A DNA stretch of 64,000 nt from an uncultured virus (IMG/VR IMGVR_UViG_3300011339_000925) (IMGVR_UViG_3300011339_000925), one strand, 5' to 3'. Positions 50,401 to 61,495 are shown, numbered from the stretch's first letter. Notes: a model not told the origin generated them from the sequence alone. Translations and numbers: made by a program.

Positions 50401-50800
50401 AAAATCAAAAAAAGTTGGAGAGAATCAAAAAATAAAAAACGCTACAAAAGTAGTGTATAATGATATTAAATTTGATTCAAAACTAGAGTTTTATTTCTAT
50501 AAACTATGTATAGACAATAACATAGAAGTAGAATTAAAACCAAAGTTTATTCTCCAACCTAAATTTGAATATCAAGGTGAAAAGTTTAGGGAAATAGCAA
50601 TGTTTCCCGACTTTCATTTACCATCTTTTAAGTTTATTGTAGAAACTAAAGGTTATGAAAACGATGGATTTAGAAATAAGTACAAAATGTTAATGTACAA
50701 TTTCTTTATTAACAATCAAAATTTAAAATATGTTTTAATTAAAACTAAAAAAGAATGTGATGAATTCATAGATAATTTAAAAAATACTAATCATGACTGA
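50390..50800 (+). CDS. PD-(D/E)xK endonuclease (DUF1064-like)
   Basis: FDSKLE...PDF...VETKG. Confidence 0.8.
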   Translation: MFFKKSKKVGENQKIKNATKVVYNDIKFDSKLEFYFYKLCIDNNIEVELKPKFILQPKFEYQGEKFREIAMFPDFHLPSFKFIVETKGYENDGFRNKYKMLMYNFFINNQNLKYVLIKTKKECDEFIDNLKNTNHD

Positions 50801-51998
50801 AAAAAAATTAAAGGATATTGCACTTTATTGTCTTAAAAAACTTGAAGAAAATCCTGATTTAACTATTAAAGGAATTGCTAAAGAAGTTTGTAAAGATACT
50901 AAATATAGTTTAGAAACTTTAAGAAGAGCTATCTACAAAAGAGCAAAAAGCAATTCTCATGAAGAGTTAAGTAAAAAGTCAGAAGAAATGGGTTTTCCAA
51001 TAGAAAATGTATCTTCTTATTGGTTAAAAAATAAACACATTTCTGTACATGTTAAAGGAGATAGTACAAATTCAATAGATTATTTAAAAGCTATTAAAGA
51101 AATAGTAAATGAATACTGTACAGTTCCTTTAAAAGTAATTAAAAAAAGTAATTCAAATTCTACAAAAGCAATTAAAGCTACTTTAAGTGATATGCATGTA
51201 GGATTAGAACCAAATCCTAACAATAAAGCTATTTTTGCTTATGAGTATAATGAAGAAATTTTTAAAAATAACTTAAATAAAGTATTTAATTCTATTATTA
51301 AAGAATATGATGCTAATGGTAAATTTGATATTTTAATTATTGATGATTTAGGTGATGGATTAGATGGTTGGGATGGTATGACTACTAGAGGTGGTCATAA
51401 ATTAGACCAAAACATGTCTAATGAACAAATGTTTAAAGTATTTGTTGAAGGTAAATTATCTTTAATTGAAAATTGTATTAATGCAAATATAGCTGATAAA
51501 GTTATTGTAAGAAATGTTGCATCTGATAATCATTCTGGTTCATTTGCTTCTATAGCAAACATGACTATTGAAATGATTTTAAATAAAGTGTACAGTAAAA
51601 ACGATGTTAGTTTTTATATTCTTACAAAATTTATGGAGCATTTTGTATATGGTGACCATACTTTTATATTAACACATGGTAAAGACCCTAAATATATGTT
51701 TAGAGGATTACCGTATGAGTTAAATGATAAATCAATTTCTTTTATAAATGATTACATAGACCATTTTAATATTAATACGAGGTTTATACATTTAGAAAAA
51801 GGTGATTTACATAGAATAGGTTATTCAAGAACTAAAAAGTTTGATTACAGAAATTTTATGTCGTTTGCTCCTCCTTCTTCATGGGTGCAACACAATTTTG
51901 GTGATTGTTATTCAGGGTATTCTATTCAAATAATTAATAAATACTCTGGAGAAATATCCCATACAGATTATTATTTTGATTTAAAAAAATTATCTTAA
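50793..51998 (+). CDS. Calcineurin-like metallophosphoesterase
   Basis: SDMHVG, LGDGLDG, DNH, THG, GDLH. Confidence 0.8.
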   Translation: MTEKKLKDIALYCLKKLEENPDLTIKGIAKEVCKDTKYSLETLRRAIYKRAKSNSHEELSKKSEEMGFPIENVSSYWLKNKHISVHVKGDSTNSIDYLKAIKEIVNEYCTVPLKVIKKSNSNSTKAIKATLSDMHVGLEPNPNNKAIFAYEYNEEIFKNNLNKVFNSIIKEYDANGKFDILIIDDLGDGLDGWDGMTTRGGHKLDQNMSNEQMFKVFVEGKLSLIENCINANIADKVIVRNVASDNHSGSFASIANMTIEMILNKVYSKNDVSFYILTKFMEHFVYGDHTFILTHGKDPKYMFRGLPYELNDKSISFINDYIDHFNINTRFIHLEKGDLHRIGYSRTKKFDYRNFMSFAPPSSWVQHNFGDCYSGYSIQIINKYSGEISHTDYYFDLKKLS

Positions 51999-52001
51999 AC
52001 T

Positions 52002-52838
52002 ATGGAAAAATTAACAATAATAGATTGTGATTCAATTTGTTATACTGCTTGTTTTGGTATTAAATTGTTAGATGAACAAGGTAATCCAATTAAAGTAGAT
52101 AATAAATTTACTTACAGAGATAAAACAGATTTAGAAGTGTATGATTCTGTAAATACAATTATGGAAGATATACTTAGAACTACAGAATCTAAATCTTATA
52201 TTGGTTTTATAAAAGGTAAAAACACTATTACTTCTAGAAAAGAAGTTAATCCTACTTATAAAGCAAATAGAACTTCAGAATTACCACAACACTATGCAAT
52301 AGCTAAAAAGCATTTAATAGAATATTGGAATTGTGTAGAAGTAAATAATTATGAAGTAGATGATATAGTTAATGCAGCTTACAATCATTTTAAAAATGAG
52401 TATTATACTATTAGAGTTAGTATCGATAAAGATTTAATGTCTTTAGCAGGTAATAACTATAATTGGAGAAAAAAAGAAATAATAACTAATACATTAGAAG
52501 ATGAAGCGTATTTCTTTTGGAAATCTATGATTACAGGTGATTCTGCTGATGGATGTAAAGGTTTACCTAATAAAGGACCAAAATTTGCAGAAAAAATATT
52601 ATTAGGTGAGGGTTCATTTCAAAAAAATACTAACATATTTCCAAAAATTGTATTAGGTCAATATGTAATAGCGTATGGTGAAGATACTGGTATAAGAGAA
52701 TACTATAAATCATACAATAGTTTAAAGATTTTAAATACTGTAAATGATTATGAGTATCCTGAAATTAATGTTGTGAATTTACCTGTACTAGAAGAGGTAG
52801 ATGTGTTGGAAGAAATACCTAATTTTAATGAAAATTAA
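52002..52838 (+). CDS. 5'-3' exonuclease (FEN/T7 gp6-like)
   Basis: IIDCDS, YKANR, EVDD, DKDL, GDSADGCKGLP..GPK. Confidence 0.9.
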   Translation: MEKLTIIDCDSICYTACFGIKLLDEQGNPIKVDNKFTYRDKTDLEVYDSVNTIMEDILRTTESKSYIGFIKGKNTITSRKEVNPTYKANRTSELPQHYAIAKKHLIEYWNCVEVNNYEVDDIVNAAYNHFKNEYYTIRVSIDKDLMSLAGNNYNWRKKEIITNTLEDEAYFFWKSMITGDSADGCKGLPNKGPKFAEKILLGEGSFQKNTNIFPKIVLGQYVIAYGEDTGIREYYKSYNSLKILNTVNDYEYPEINVVNLPVLEEVDVLEEIPNFNEN

Positions 52839-53388
52839 CCAATTACAAATTGAAAAGAATAAGTCATTATATTTTTTATTACCATTGACGTTTATACCGA
52901 AATCCTATTTTGATAAAGCAATAAATTTCTTTGCTTTAAATGCACATAAACCTGAATTAGATAATCACATTTTTGTCTTATTTGAAAAAGACTTAATGGA
53001 AGATCGAGAAATAAATAGATTTCAAAACTTTAACACATTTGAAAATGTTGAAGATTTTGGAGAACTATTATTAGTAACTTTTAAATTACCACCTTATTTT
53101 AAAGCTGATAGAGATTTATTTATCAACGGTTTGTATTCTAAATATTCTGATAAAGCAAAACAAGCTATTAATGAACATTTACCACAAAAAGTAAAAGTAA
53201 ACAATAAATGGGTAGTAAGTAATGCTTTTAAAATATTATATCCTACAAAAGCTGATAGAGATTATTTAGGTGATGTATTAGGAGTAAAATTAGAACCAGA
53301 TGCTGAAATTTATTCAATACCAGATACTGAACTTGAAACTTTTAATATTAATAAATTTTATCAATTATTTTTAGATATTAATAATTAA
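52801..53388 (+). CDS. Hypothetical protein (start probably 52828)
   Basis: Last gene of the rightward arm. Confidence 0.65.
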   Translation: MCWKKYLILMKINQLQIEKNKSLYFLLPLTFIPKSYFDKAINFFALNAHKPELDNHIFVLFEKDLMEDREINRFQNFNTFENVEDFGELLLVTFKLPPYFKADRDLFINGLYSKYSDKAKQAINEHLPQKVKVNNKWVVSNAFKILYPTKADRDYLGDVLGVKLEPDAEIYSIPDTELETFNINKFYQLFLDINN

Positions 53389-53392
53389 TTCT

Positions 53393-53445
53393 AATGTGTC
53401 ATATAGATTGCAAGAATAAAAATCTTGTAATTTGTATGACACATT
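53393..53445. terminator. Long hairpin between the convergent arms
   Basis: 23-bp stem AATGTGTCATATAGATTGCAAGA / TCTTGTAATTTGTATGACACATT; G-U pairs in the plus sense. Confidence 0.7.
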
Positions 53446-53469
53446 GCTTTAAAAAAAATTTTCGCCCTA

Positions 53470-53700
53470 CTATTTTTCTATCTTAATAATTATTTCTACT
53501 GGTTCTCCTAGTACAATATTCATACTATCATCCCATACAATGTACCAATATTCATTGTTATATCCATAATCGCACCAACTTTGTGTTGTTGCATCTGGAG
53601 ATACTGGTATTCCATAGTACACATTAAGTGCATGAATAGCATCTTTAGCTTCTTGTTCCGTATTAAATCGGTAACCCAATTGAGTAATATTTTCCAACAT
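53470..53700 (-). CDS. Small tail-associated protein
   Basis: End of the tail operon. Confidence 0.55.
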   Translation of the reverse strand: MLENITQLGYRFNTEQEAKDAIHALNVYYGIPVSPDATTQSWCDYGYNNEYWYIVWDDSMNIVLGEPVEIIIKIEK

Positions 53701-54583
53701 TTTTAATTATATTTATATATGTTTCAGGTTGTATATGAATTTGACCATCAAATATGATTAATTCAGAAGTAAATCCTAAACCAAAAATATTACTAGATAT
53801 ACTTAAAGAACTTGATGGAAATGCAGGTATAGAACCACTTCCTAAATCAATACCATTTCCTAACCCATTAATAAAAGCACTATTATTTTGCCCTGCCCAA
53901 TAAAACATGTAAAGAAGTGGATTACTTCTTAATAAAAATGCTTGGACATCTGCAACTGCACCTCCATTAACTGTATAACGTGAACGAAAAGAAGGTGATG
54001 TTGTAGGAATATTACCAGTAGGGGATATAAAATTTTGTGTAAATATACTTAAGTTATTTGACCCTGCTAAACTTGTAAAAAATTGACAAACATATTTTGT
54101 TCCACTTTGATTTTGATAATTTACAGTAACTAATGACATAGCCATACTCCAATCAAATGCAGTAGTTGTATGTGTCAAAAATCTGTTACTATTCATGTTT
54201 AATGAAGGTACGCCATTTATTGTGTAAAGAACCCCATTTAATATAATTATAGGTTGTGAGTTTGCTGTACCTTGAATTGCATTTCTTGCAAAACCACTTT
54301 GGTCATACCAACGAGTTACAAAAGCATTACCAGTTGGACAAAAATCTTGCAATGTTTTTATATCTAATTTACCAAATTGGTCAGCATAAATATCTAATTC
54401 AGCATTATCTCTACTTCTTCTTACTCGAATTAATGCACCGTTATAATTTGCATTTACTAACCTTAAAGAATACGCAAACATTACTTTATCTGTAATATTG
54501 CAAATAGGACTATTATTTGCAGGTATTCTAAATACCGCATCATCTGTATTTTTTTGCCAAGTGCTATTTGGTATTCCGTTCAT
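53663..54583 (-). CDS. Tail/receptor-binding protein with concanavalin/arabinofuranosidase-B-like domain
   Basis: AYSLRL...LIRVRRSRDNAELDI...VTRWYDQSG. Confidence 0.65.
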   Translation of the reverse strand: MNGIPNSTWQKNTDDAVFRIPANNSPICNITDKVMFAYSLRLVNANYNGALIRVRRSRDNAELDIYADQFGKLDIKTLQDFCPTGNAFVTRWYDQSGFARNAIQGTANSQPIIILNGVLYTINGVPSLNMNSNRFLTHTTTAFDWSMAMSLVTVNYQNQSGTKYVCQFFTSLAGSNNLSIFTQNFISPTGNIPTTSPSFRSRYTVNGGAVADVQAFLLRSNPLLYMFYWAGQNNSAFINGLGNGIDLGSGSIPAFPSSSLSISSNIFGLGFTSELIIFDGQIHIQPETYINIIKNVGKYYSIGLPI

Positions 54584-55017
54584 TAATAATTACCTCCTCT
54601 AGCTATTACATTATACGCAGCACCTGTACCTGTTTGTGTTGCAGAAATTGCACACCACAAAAACTGTCCACTTGCTAAAAATAAACCATTTGCAAATGTA
54701 ATCGTTTGTGAACCACCTATTGCTGATGGTGATGGAGTTGCAACAGGTAATGCTATTTCTGACAGCAATCTAGGGTTTGCACCTGCTGCTGATGTAGTTA
54801 TCCATATACGACCAACTGCTGCTACGCTTGCTTGTGTATGAGATGTTGCTACATGGGTAAATGTAATAGTATCTATTCTACTACCATCAGTTCCAGCTGT
54901 AAATAATAAAGAAGCATTTGTTGTATCAGATAAATCTCTAGTTGTGTTTGCTGTTGTTACTGTTGCTGTACCTACATTAGAAGTAAGTACAAAAATTGGG
55001 TTTATATTTGCTGCCAT
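54583..55017 (-). CDS. Tail fibre-associated protein
   Basis: T/A-rich beta protein. Confidence 0.6.
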   Translation of the reverse strand: MAANINPIFVLTSNVGTATVTTANTTRDLSDTTNASLLFTAGTDGSRIDTITFTHVATSHTQASVAAVGRIWITTSAAGANPRLLSEIALPVATPSPSAIGGSQTITFANGLFLASGQFLWCAISATQTGTGAAYNVIARGGNY

Positions 55018-55022
55018 AAAAT

Positions 55023-56588
55023 TTACATTAAAGTATTATATGAATATAATTTAGAACCTACTGATTGTGCATTTATATTATTTAATTGCGTTTGAATACT
55101 TGAAGTAGCATCATTAAATAATTGTTGATTATCAGTTTGATATCTTTTATTTGTTGAATCTGCTATATCTGCTGTTGTAGCATCCGCTCCTGTTGTTACA
55201 AGACCATTTTCATCGTAGGTTATTTTAGTTTTTGTCGCCCCTGTTATTGCTACATTTTTTTGTAAAAACAAGTCAACCGCCCAATCATAAATAGCTTTAG
55301 CAGTTAAATACAAAGTATTTGAATTTGTATTTCCTGTCATGGTAGTAGCTTTATTAACTACATTTTCAGGTGTATAACCAAGTACTGTAGATATTGATGC
55401 AGTTTTCCATTGAGCAGGAGAAATAGAATTGTCATACCACAATATATCTTTTAATGAAGGATTTTGTGCTTGTACATTATGTAGTTCATCAAGTTCATAC
55501 CCATTTTGTACTTTAACATACATTCTACCTGCTGAACCATTACTTGCTGTAGTAACAACTCCTAAATATACTAAATGATTTGGAGCGTGTGGTTTAATAT
55601 TTGTAATAGTTCCTGCTGTTGCTCCAAGATATACAGGATCTCCATCTGACCAAGTTGAAGTTGGAAGAATATTTAATCCATCTAACAACCCTTGCATCAT
55701 TATAATACCTTTTTGATTTACTCCAATAGATGTTGAAAGTACAAAACCTACTGTTCTTGCTGATGTAGCATCTGTTAAATTTGATGCTCTTTTTACAGTC
55801 ATTCTATCTCCTGTACCACTAAAAGCATATACAGGCATACCTTTTGTTAATGTTACACTATCTTCATTTGTTACATAAGCAAATAAACTATTTGGAGCTG
55901 TTCCAATAACTTGAAATATGTTAAGTGCTGAGTTATATACACATAACATTTCACCTCCATTTAATATATCTCCACCTAATAACGGACCATCATTATTTCT
56001 ATAAAGAGCTACTGCTCCTAATGAATTTATATTTAAAGTGCATCCTGTAGTGTTTCCATTAGTAAATCTAATAAAATAAACATCCCCATCAGCGTAAGCA
56101 GTTACTCCTGTAATTGTAGCAGTATATGTATCTATTCCTGACGCTATTGCATGCTGTATTCCAGTAGATTGTGCGCTACTACCACCTATTAATAACCAAT
56201 AACTAGTTTTATTTAAAAGCACATAAGTATTTACAGCTTTTAAATCTGTTTTATCAATTAAATTTGTACCATCAAATTCTTTAATAGGTAATCCACCTAA
56301 CTCATTTACATTTAATGTACTAATATTTGTACTATCTATATTAGGTTGAAATATATAAACTGCTTCTGTATAATATTCAGTAATTGGTTTATCTGATACA
56401 TATGTATTAGCACTACCTGTAATAGTACCTAAATCAAATACTTGTTGGTTATTTAATTCTACTAAACTAATTAAATTTTCTAATGTAGTAGCTTGGTCTT
56501 TATTAGCTATAGCATTATAGAATGGAAACCTAGCACTTCCAGGTACATTACTTTTTAACGGTAGTTGTTTAAAAAATATTCCACTCAT
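55023..56588 (-). CDS. Tail fibre protein
   Basis: Two TLNVN.LG repeats, GYELDELHNV, TKITYDENGLVT. Confidence 0.7.
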   Translation of the reverse strand: MSGIFFKQLPLKSNVPGSARFPFYNAIANKDQATTLENLISLVELNNQQVFDLGTITGSANTYVSDKPITEYYTEAVYIFQPNIDSTNISTLNVNELGGLPIKEFDGTNLIDKTDLKAVNTYVLLNKTSYWLLIGGSSAQSTGIQHAIASGIDTYTATITGVTAYADGDVYFIRFTNGNTTGCTLNINSLGAVALYRNNDGPLLGGDILNGGEMLCVYNSALNIFQVIGTAPNSLFAYVTNEDSVTLTKGMPVYAFSGTGDRMTVKRASNLTDATSARTVGFVLSTSIGVNQKGIIMMQGLLDGLNILPTSTWSDGDPVYLGATAGTITNIKPHAPNHLVYLGVVTTASNGSAGRMYVKVQNGYELDELHNVQAQNPSLKDILWYDNSISPAQWKTASISTVLGYTPENVVNKATTMTGNTNSNTLYLTAKAIYDWAVDLFLQKNVAITGATKTKITYDENGLVTTGADATTADIADSTNKRYQTDNQQLFNDATSSIQTQLNNINAQSVGSKLYSYNTLM

Positions 56589-57130
56589 TATAAACTAGCT
56601 ATGTAATAAATTGGGTCTAAATCTAATTCTTTATCTAATTGATACACATTTTCAGGTAGTTCTATTAAAGTAGCTATTTCTAGTAACTTTAACATTGGTC
56701 TTATCCAAGATTTATTAAAAAATCCTCTAAAATGTTTATCAACACAATCAATTTTATATTTAGTAAACAAAGATACATAATTTTCAATAGTAGGATTTCT
56801 TTTTAATTCTTCTTTAAACAATAATAAAAACGCTATTAAATAATTAGCTTGTCTACCAAAATCTAATTCATAGAAACTTTCTTTACCTATCTGGTCTTTA
56901 TTTTGTACATTAGTTAATGTTGTAAATAAATCTTTTTTAATAAAATTAAATAAAGTAACATAATCCATTTCCCATTGACTTTGTTCAAATGGTTTAGCGT
57001 ATATAAATTGTTTTGTACAATCTAATCCTGTAGTGGGTATAGAACAATCTTTGTAACCAATAAAGAATTCATCTTCAGAATGTTCTGAAGGTTCCCATTC
57101 TCCTAATTTATATACGCAATTATCTTCCAC
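56588..57130 (-). CDS. Tail-associated hypothetical protein
   Basis: GTG start; ORF in operon. Confidence 0.55.
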   Translation of the reverse strand: MEDNCVYKLGEWEPSEHSEDEFFIGYKDCSIPTTGLDCTKQFIYAKPFEQSQWEMDYVTLFNFIKKDLFTTLTNVQNKDQIGKESFYELDFGRQANYLIAFLLLFKEELKRNPTIENYVSLFTKYKIDCVDKHFRGFFNKSWIRPMLKLLEIATLIELPENVYQLDKELDLDPIYYIASL

Positions 57131-57134
57131 TTTA

Positions 57135-58226
57135 TTAATATTTTATTATTGCTGTATCTATTATTGTTGGTTGGAAATGTTTTTGACCTCCACCTGTATT
57201 TTGTGACATTGTAATGTTTGCCGTGCCGCTATTTGTAGCTAAAGAAAATCCATTGTCTTGTGAACCTTTAAGGAAATAATCACCACCACCTGCACTATTT
57301 TCGCCATCATTTGACAAGCTATGGCTATGTCCACTATCACTAGCAGTCCAAGGACTAACAACAGGCAAAGCACTTACAGGTATTATTTCAGCACCAAAAC
57401 TATTACCTAATGTACCAAAATTAGTATCAAATGGTATAACTGATTTATATGTACCTGATACTTTACCTCTATAATCAGGTAAAGTTATTTGTTTATTAGC
57501 TAACCAATCAGATAAAGCACTAGTTCCTCTACCTCCAGGTACAGCACATTGTGTATTAGCATAATTACTCCAAATATGTATAAATAAATTTTTGTATTTA
57601 TTATTTGCATCTGTAGCTCCACTACTTGCATTACCTATTGTAGTACCATTTAAAAGTAAAAATCCATCAGGAGCTGTTATTGAAGAATATCTCCATATAA
57701 CACCTACAGGAATTAATCCTTGACCTGTTTCAGGATTAGATACAATACTTGTAACAGTATTAGTTATAATAGAAACTAATTCAGTAAGTGTGTAAGTTCT
57801 AGCTTTTAACCAAGCTACTAAATCATTATGTAATTTTAAAATGTAAATTTTATTTTTACCAAAACTGTCTATTGTAAAATCAAGTACATTTTGTGAAGCT
57901 GACAAAGCTCCTGAATTTGCAGAAACAGATACAAAATCATTAGTTGTTTTATATACTTCAGGTAATTGTTGAGGAGTTACATAAACACTATCTGTTGGGT
58001 CAATAGAAGTACCTACATTATCTTTAGTAGCTCTATTTTCTGTTTTATGAACAAAAGAGTCTAATATGCTATAAAGCATAGTTCTAATCCAAGAACTTCT
58101 ATTTTTAGTAACATCTGTACTACTAGTTATTACTAAACTTTTTAATGTACCATTAATATTATTATTTTTAACATCACTAGCTTCTGCAGTAAAATCTCCA
58201 CCATATATTTCATTTCTACTTTTCAT
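57135..58226 (-). CDS. Tail collar-domain protein
   Basis: IPVGVI...APDGFLLLNG...LPDYRG...IIKY. Confidence 0.75.
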   Translation of the reverse strand: MKSRNEIYGGDFTAEASDVKNNNINGTLKSLVITSSTDVTKNRSSWIRTMLYSILDSFVHKTENRATKDNVGTSIDPTDSVYVTPQQLPEVYKTTNDFVSVSANSGALSASQNVLDFTIDSFGKNKIYILKLHNDLVAWLKARTYTLTELVSIITNTVTSIVSNPETGQGLIPVGVIWRYSSITAPDGFLLLNGTTIGNASSGATDANNKYKNLFIHIWSNYANTQCAVPGGRGTSALSDWLANKQITLPDYRGKVSGTYKSVIPFDTNFGTLGNSFGAEIIPVSALPVVSPWTASDSGHSHSLSNDGENSAGGGDYFLKGSQDNGFSLATNSGTANITMSQNTGGGQKHFQPTIIDTAIIKY

Positions 58227-58237
58227 TTTATTATTTT

Positions 58238-59992
58238 TTAAGAATTACATCCACAATCGCTATTACTACTACTTACAACATTACCACTAAAAGAACTATC
58301 TGTACAATTTTCACACAATTTATTCATTTCTGAAAATGTTTGAGAATATGTCATTAATTCTTGTAAATGGTCTTCTATATCCCAAGTTTCAGGTACAGAT
58401 TGTTGCATTTTAATATCATTCCAATAAGAGTAAATTACACTTTTATAAATTTCAAACTTAGAATTTGCTATTTTAAGGTCATCGTATTCTTTTTGTTGTG
58501 CTTTTTTCTCATCACAATCAGCACACCAATTAAATCCTAATAATTTTCTTCTAAGTTCTACTTCACAAGATTTAATGTTACAATCATAAAATAGTACTTG
58601 TGTAGAAGTATTACCTACTTTAACACCATATTCATCAAATACTTCAAATATTATTTGATAAAATCCATCATTTAATTTAGGTATTTCATATTCAAATAAA
58701 GGAGATACTAAAACATCTTTAAGTATTATTTGTTGAGATATACTATCTACAATGTTAGAAGAATTGTACGTTTTAATTGTAAACTTAACATAATAATTTG
58801 CTGATATATTGTTAATCTTAGGATTGTTACAATCACCAGTAGTTAATACATAAGAATCACATATATTAATACTCCATTCTTTAGTTATACATGTACAACA
58901 ATTACATAATTCAGCAGTTAATTTATACGAACCTTTTTGTAATTGTTCTATGTAATCATATCCATTAGCTGTAGTAGGATTTGAATAAGATGTTGGACCA
59001 TCTATTAATTCTAATTCACCATCAACATATTGATAAAGATTATATGTTAATGTAGATGCTTCTATACACCTAATAGATGTTGGAAGTGATGGTACAGGTT
59101 TAGGAGCTATACTTAATATATCAACATGAATTTCATCATTTACAGAAACACAACATTTAAACGGTTCTTCAAAAACTACTTCAGGTTTGTAAGGGTATAA
59201 GTTAATAGTTGTTCCTAAAGTACCTGCAGTAATAAAATAAAATTGAGTAGAAATAGATTGATAAATAACTTCATTGTTACAATTAGTAGGGTCTTTTACA
59301 GTTCTTATAGCTCTTAATTGTAAATTTTGTATTACATCACAAAAACAATATTGTAATCTAGCAGTACCATAAGCATAAAAAGGGTAATAAACCATTGATG
59401 AACTGTTAGACATTTCACTAACACCCATTGTAACCCAATCATTATTATCTATTTTATATTGGTAAGTTACATCACCTAGTAAACTAAATCCAGAATTATC
59501 TAATGGATTGTAAATATCATAATCTTCATCTATATAAGTTAAATTAATACAAGAACTACATTTTTTTTGCTCTACTGAAAAAAATGATTGATTTATAGTT
59601 AATCCTAAATAATAAATTTCTTCACTTTCATCAGTATAAATAACACTTAATGCACTTATTAAACTACCAAAATTATCAGAATACCCATATTGAAAAGAAA
59701 GATTTGAAATATTACCAGTAATTTCAAATCTATTTGTTGTATTATTAAAAGTAGTACTTAATCCAGTTGAACTATATATATATCCATATACACTACTATT
59801 AGCAATATTAGTAGCTGCTGAATCTACAACTTTATTACTTTCTGGACTAATATATATTGCAACATTTGTAGCATCAAGTTCACATATAATAAAATTATTA
59901 AAAAGTGAACTTACATTAGTATCTGGATTAGAGTTACTACCAAATATAACTGGATTACCAAATTGATTTAAATTAGCAGATACTTGTAACAT
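58238..59992 (-). CDS. Cys-rich tail hub-like protein
   Basis: Many Cys; LNDGFY; C-terminal DCGCNS. Confidence 0.55.
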   Translation of the reverse strand: MLQVSANLNQFGNPVIFGSNSNPDTNVSSLFNNFIICELDATNVAIYISPESNKVVDSAATNIANSSVYGYIYSSTGLSTTFNNTTNRFEITGNISNLSFQYGYSDNFGSLISALSVIYTDESEEIYYLGLTINQSFFSVEQKKCSSCINLTYIDEDYDIYNPLDNSGFSLLGDVTYQYKIDNNDWVTMGVSEMSNSSSMVYYPFYAYGTARLQYCFCDVIQNLQLRAIRTVKDPTNCNNEVIYQSISTQFYFITAGTLGTTINLYPYKPEVVFEEPFKCCVSVNDEIHVDILSIAPKPVPSLPTSIRCIEASTLTYNLYQYVDGELELIDGPTSYSNPTTANGYDYIEQLQKGSYKLTAELCNCCTCITKEWSINICDSYVLTTGDCNNPKINNISANYYVKFTIKTYNSSNIVDSISQQIILKDVLVSPLFEYEIPKLNDGFYQIIFEVFDEYGVKVGNTSTQVLFYDCNIKSCEVELRRKLLGFNWCADCDEKKAQQKEYDDLKIANSKFEIYKSVIYSYWNDIKMQQSVPETWDIEDHLQELMTYSQTFSEMNKLCENCTDSSFSGNVVSSSNSDCGCNS

Positions 59993-60726
59993 TATATTGT
60001 ATAGTTATTTAATAAACTTTTTCTTACGATTGAATTATCGTTTTTAAATAATTCCATTTGTTCTCCAATATCTAATGATTTTGAAGGTGCATTTTCATGA
60101 TATAAATGAAAACATTTATAAGGTAATAATTTAGGAGTAACACCTTTTAAAACTAAACGCTTACCTATATCTTGATCTTCACCTCCCCAATTTACATATC
60201 TTTCATCAAATCCTCCAATTTCATAAATAGTATTAAAATCAGCAAACCACATTCCACCTAGAGCTTGCTGTAATCCTCCCATATATTTAAAAGAATAAAA
60301 CTTTTTATCAAACTCTAAAGTTTCTTTGTTTATTCCAATGTTAGGAGCAAGTTTAATAAAGTTGTTACAATAAAAATATTTTTTATCAAACTCTTTTATT
60401 AACTTTTCTACTTTATCATAATCAGGTTTATTTACAAAACAGTCAGAATCATTAAAAGAAACAATGTCTGGTTTATTATTTTCTTTTAAATACTTTAATG
60501 CAGTATTTAATTTTAAAGATTTATTAAATTCTCCTTCAACAGGTAAATAAATAGATTTTGTAAAATATTGTTTATCAAAACTAAATTCAAATACATTAAC
60601 AGATATATCTATACCTTTAAACAATAAAAAACTTTCTAAGTCTTTTAACATTAAATAAGTAGATTCTAAATTGTCTAATCTATCTTGTTTAGTATACCAA
60701 AAAGGTAAATTAATTGATACTTTCAT
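59992..60726 (-). CDS. Glycosyltransferase (GT2/GT7-like)
   Basis: FNKS...N, DSD motif, GGFDERYVNWGGEDQD, HLYH. Confidence 0.85.
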   Translation of the reverse strand: MKVSINLPFWYTKQDRLDNLESTYLMLKDLESFLLFKGIDISVNVFEFSFDKQYFTKSIYLPVEGEFNKSLKLNTALKYLKENNKPDIVSFNDSDCFVNKPDYDKVEKLIKEFDKKYFYCNNFIKLAPNIGINKETLEFDKKFYSFKYMGGLQQALGGMWFADFNTIYEIGGFDERYVNWGGEDQDIGKRLVLKGVTPKLLPYKCFHLYHENAPSKSLDIGEQMELFKNDNSIVRKSLLNNYTI

Positions 60727-61280
60727 TATTTTTTAATTACTATTATTAAAATTAATAATCCTATTATTAAAATATAAAACCAATTATTTAGTATATATTT
60801 TGTAAACCATGATTCTTCTTTTTGTTTTTTAATAACTGTATTTTTATAGTTAATTCTAAAACGAAAATTACCATCATCTTCTTGCTGCAAAGATATAAAT
60901 ATATTACTATCTTTATATATTAATGGAGATTGTAAACATTTTTTAAAATATACTAAATCATTATACACTAATATTTTTGACATTTTATTTTGAAATAAAT
61001 TAGTGTCAATTAATCTACCTATTTTTTTACCTTTTTTATTGTAGCAAGTATCAATGTAAATTAATGAATCTTTTAATACTACTTTAACAATTGAATCGTA
61101 TTTTGCTTTTAAAGAAATTGTATCTATTGGAGTATTAATTATAACAGTATCTAATGATTTTGTAGTAGTATCTATCCATTTATTTTCAATACCTTTAGAT
61201 ATAACTTTATTAAATCTTCGTTTTGTTAAACAAGATGATAATGTAAAAACAATTAGTAATATCGTTAATAAGTATTTCAT
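60726..61280 (-). CDS. Lipoprotein with C-terminal TM helix (unimolecular spanin-like)
   Basis: Signal peptide with LSSC lipobox; C-terminal hydrophobic helix followed by KK; in the lysis cassette. Confidence 0.65.
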   Translation of the reverse strand: MKYLLTILLIVFTLSSCLTKRRFNKVISKGIENKWIDTTTKSLDTVIINTPIDTISLKAKYDSIVKVVLKDSLIYIDTCYNKKGKKIGRLIDTNLFQNKMSKILVYNDLVYFKKCLQSPLIYKDSNIFISLQQEDDGNFRFRINYKNTVIKKQKEESWFTKYILNNWFYILIIGLLILIIVIKK

Positions 61281-61495
61281 TTGTTATCGTTCTCTACAAA
61301 TAATTCTAACAATAAATGATTAATAAATCCAGCTCCTATAAAAGCAAAAGGTACAAAATTTGGTAATTCTGTAGAAGGAAATAACATTGCAATAGTAGAT
61401 ACAACAGTTGCACTACCTGTTATAGCTGATACAATTCTTTGTAATTTTTTAATTACTTTAGGAGTTGGTGAATTTAATCTATCTATTATTTTCAT
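61277..61495 (-). CDS. Putative holin
   Basis: 72 aa, two TM segments, adjacent to the endolysin. Confidence 0.6.
   Translation of the reverse strand: MKIIDRLNSPTPKVIKKLQRIVSAITGSATVVSTIAMLFPSTELPNFVPFAFIGAGFINHLLLELFVENDNK

Noticed and set aside
6927..54495. Short antisense ORFs in the track (6927, 9553, 10858, 13059, 14133, 15994, 22267, 23102, 24641, 25056, 28098, 39260, 44140, 44803, 54256)
   Set aside because: They lie opposite well-supported genes, the ribozyme or an intron core and have no recognisable motifs
53470..59992. Diversity-generating retroelement or invertible tail-fibre cassette
   Set aside because: No reverse transcriptase, recombinase or template/variable repeat pair seen in the window
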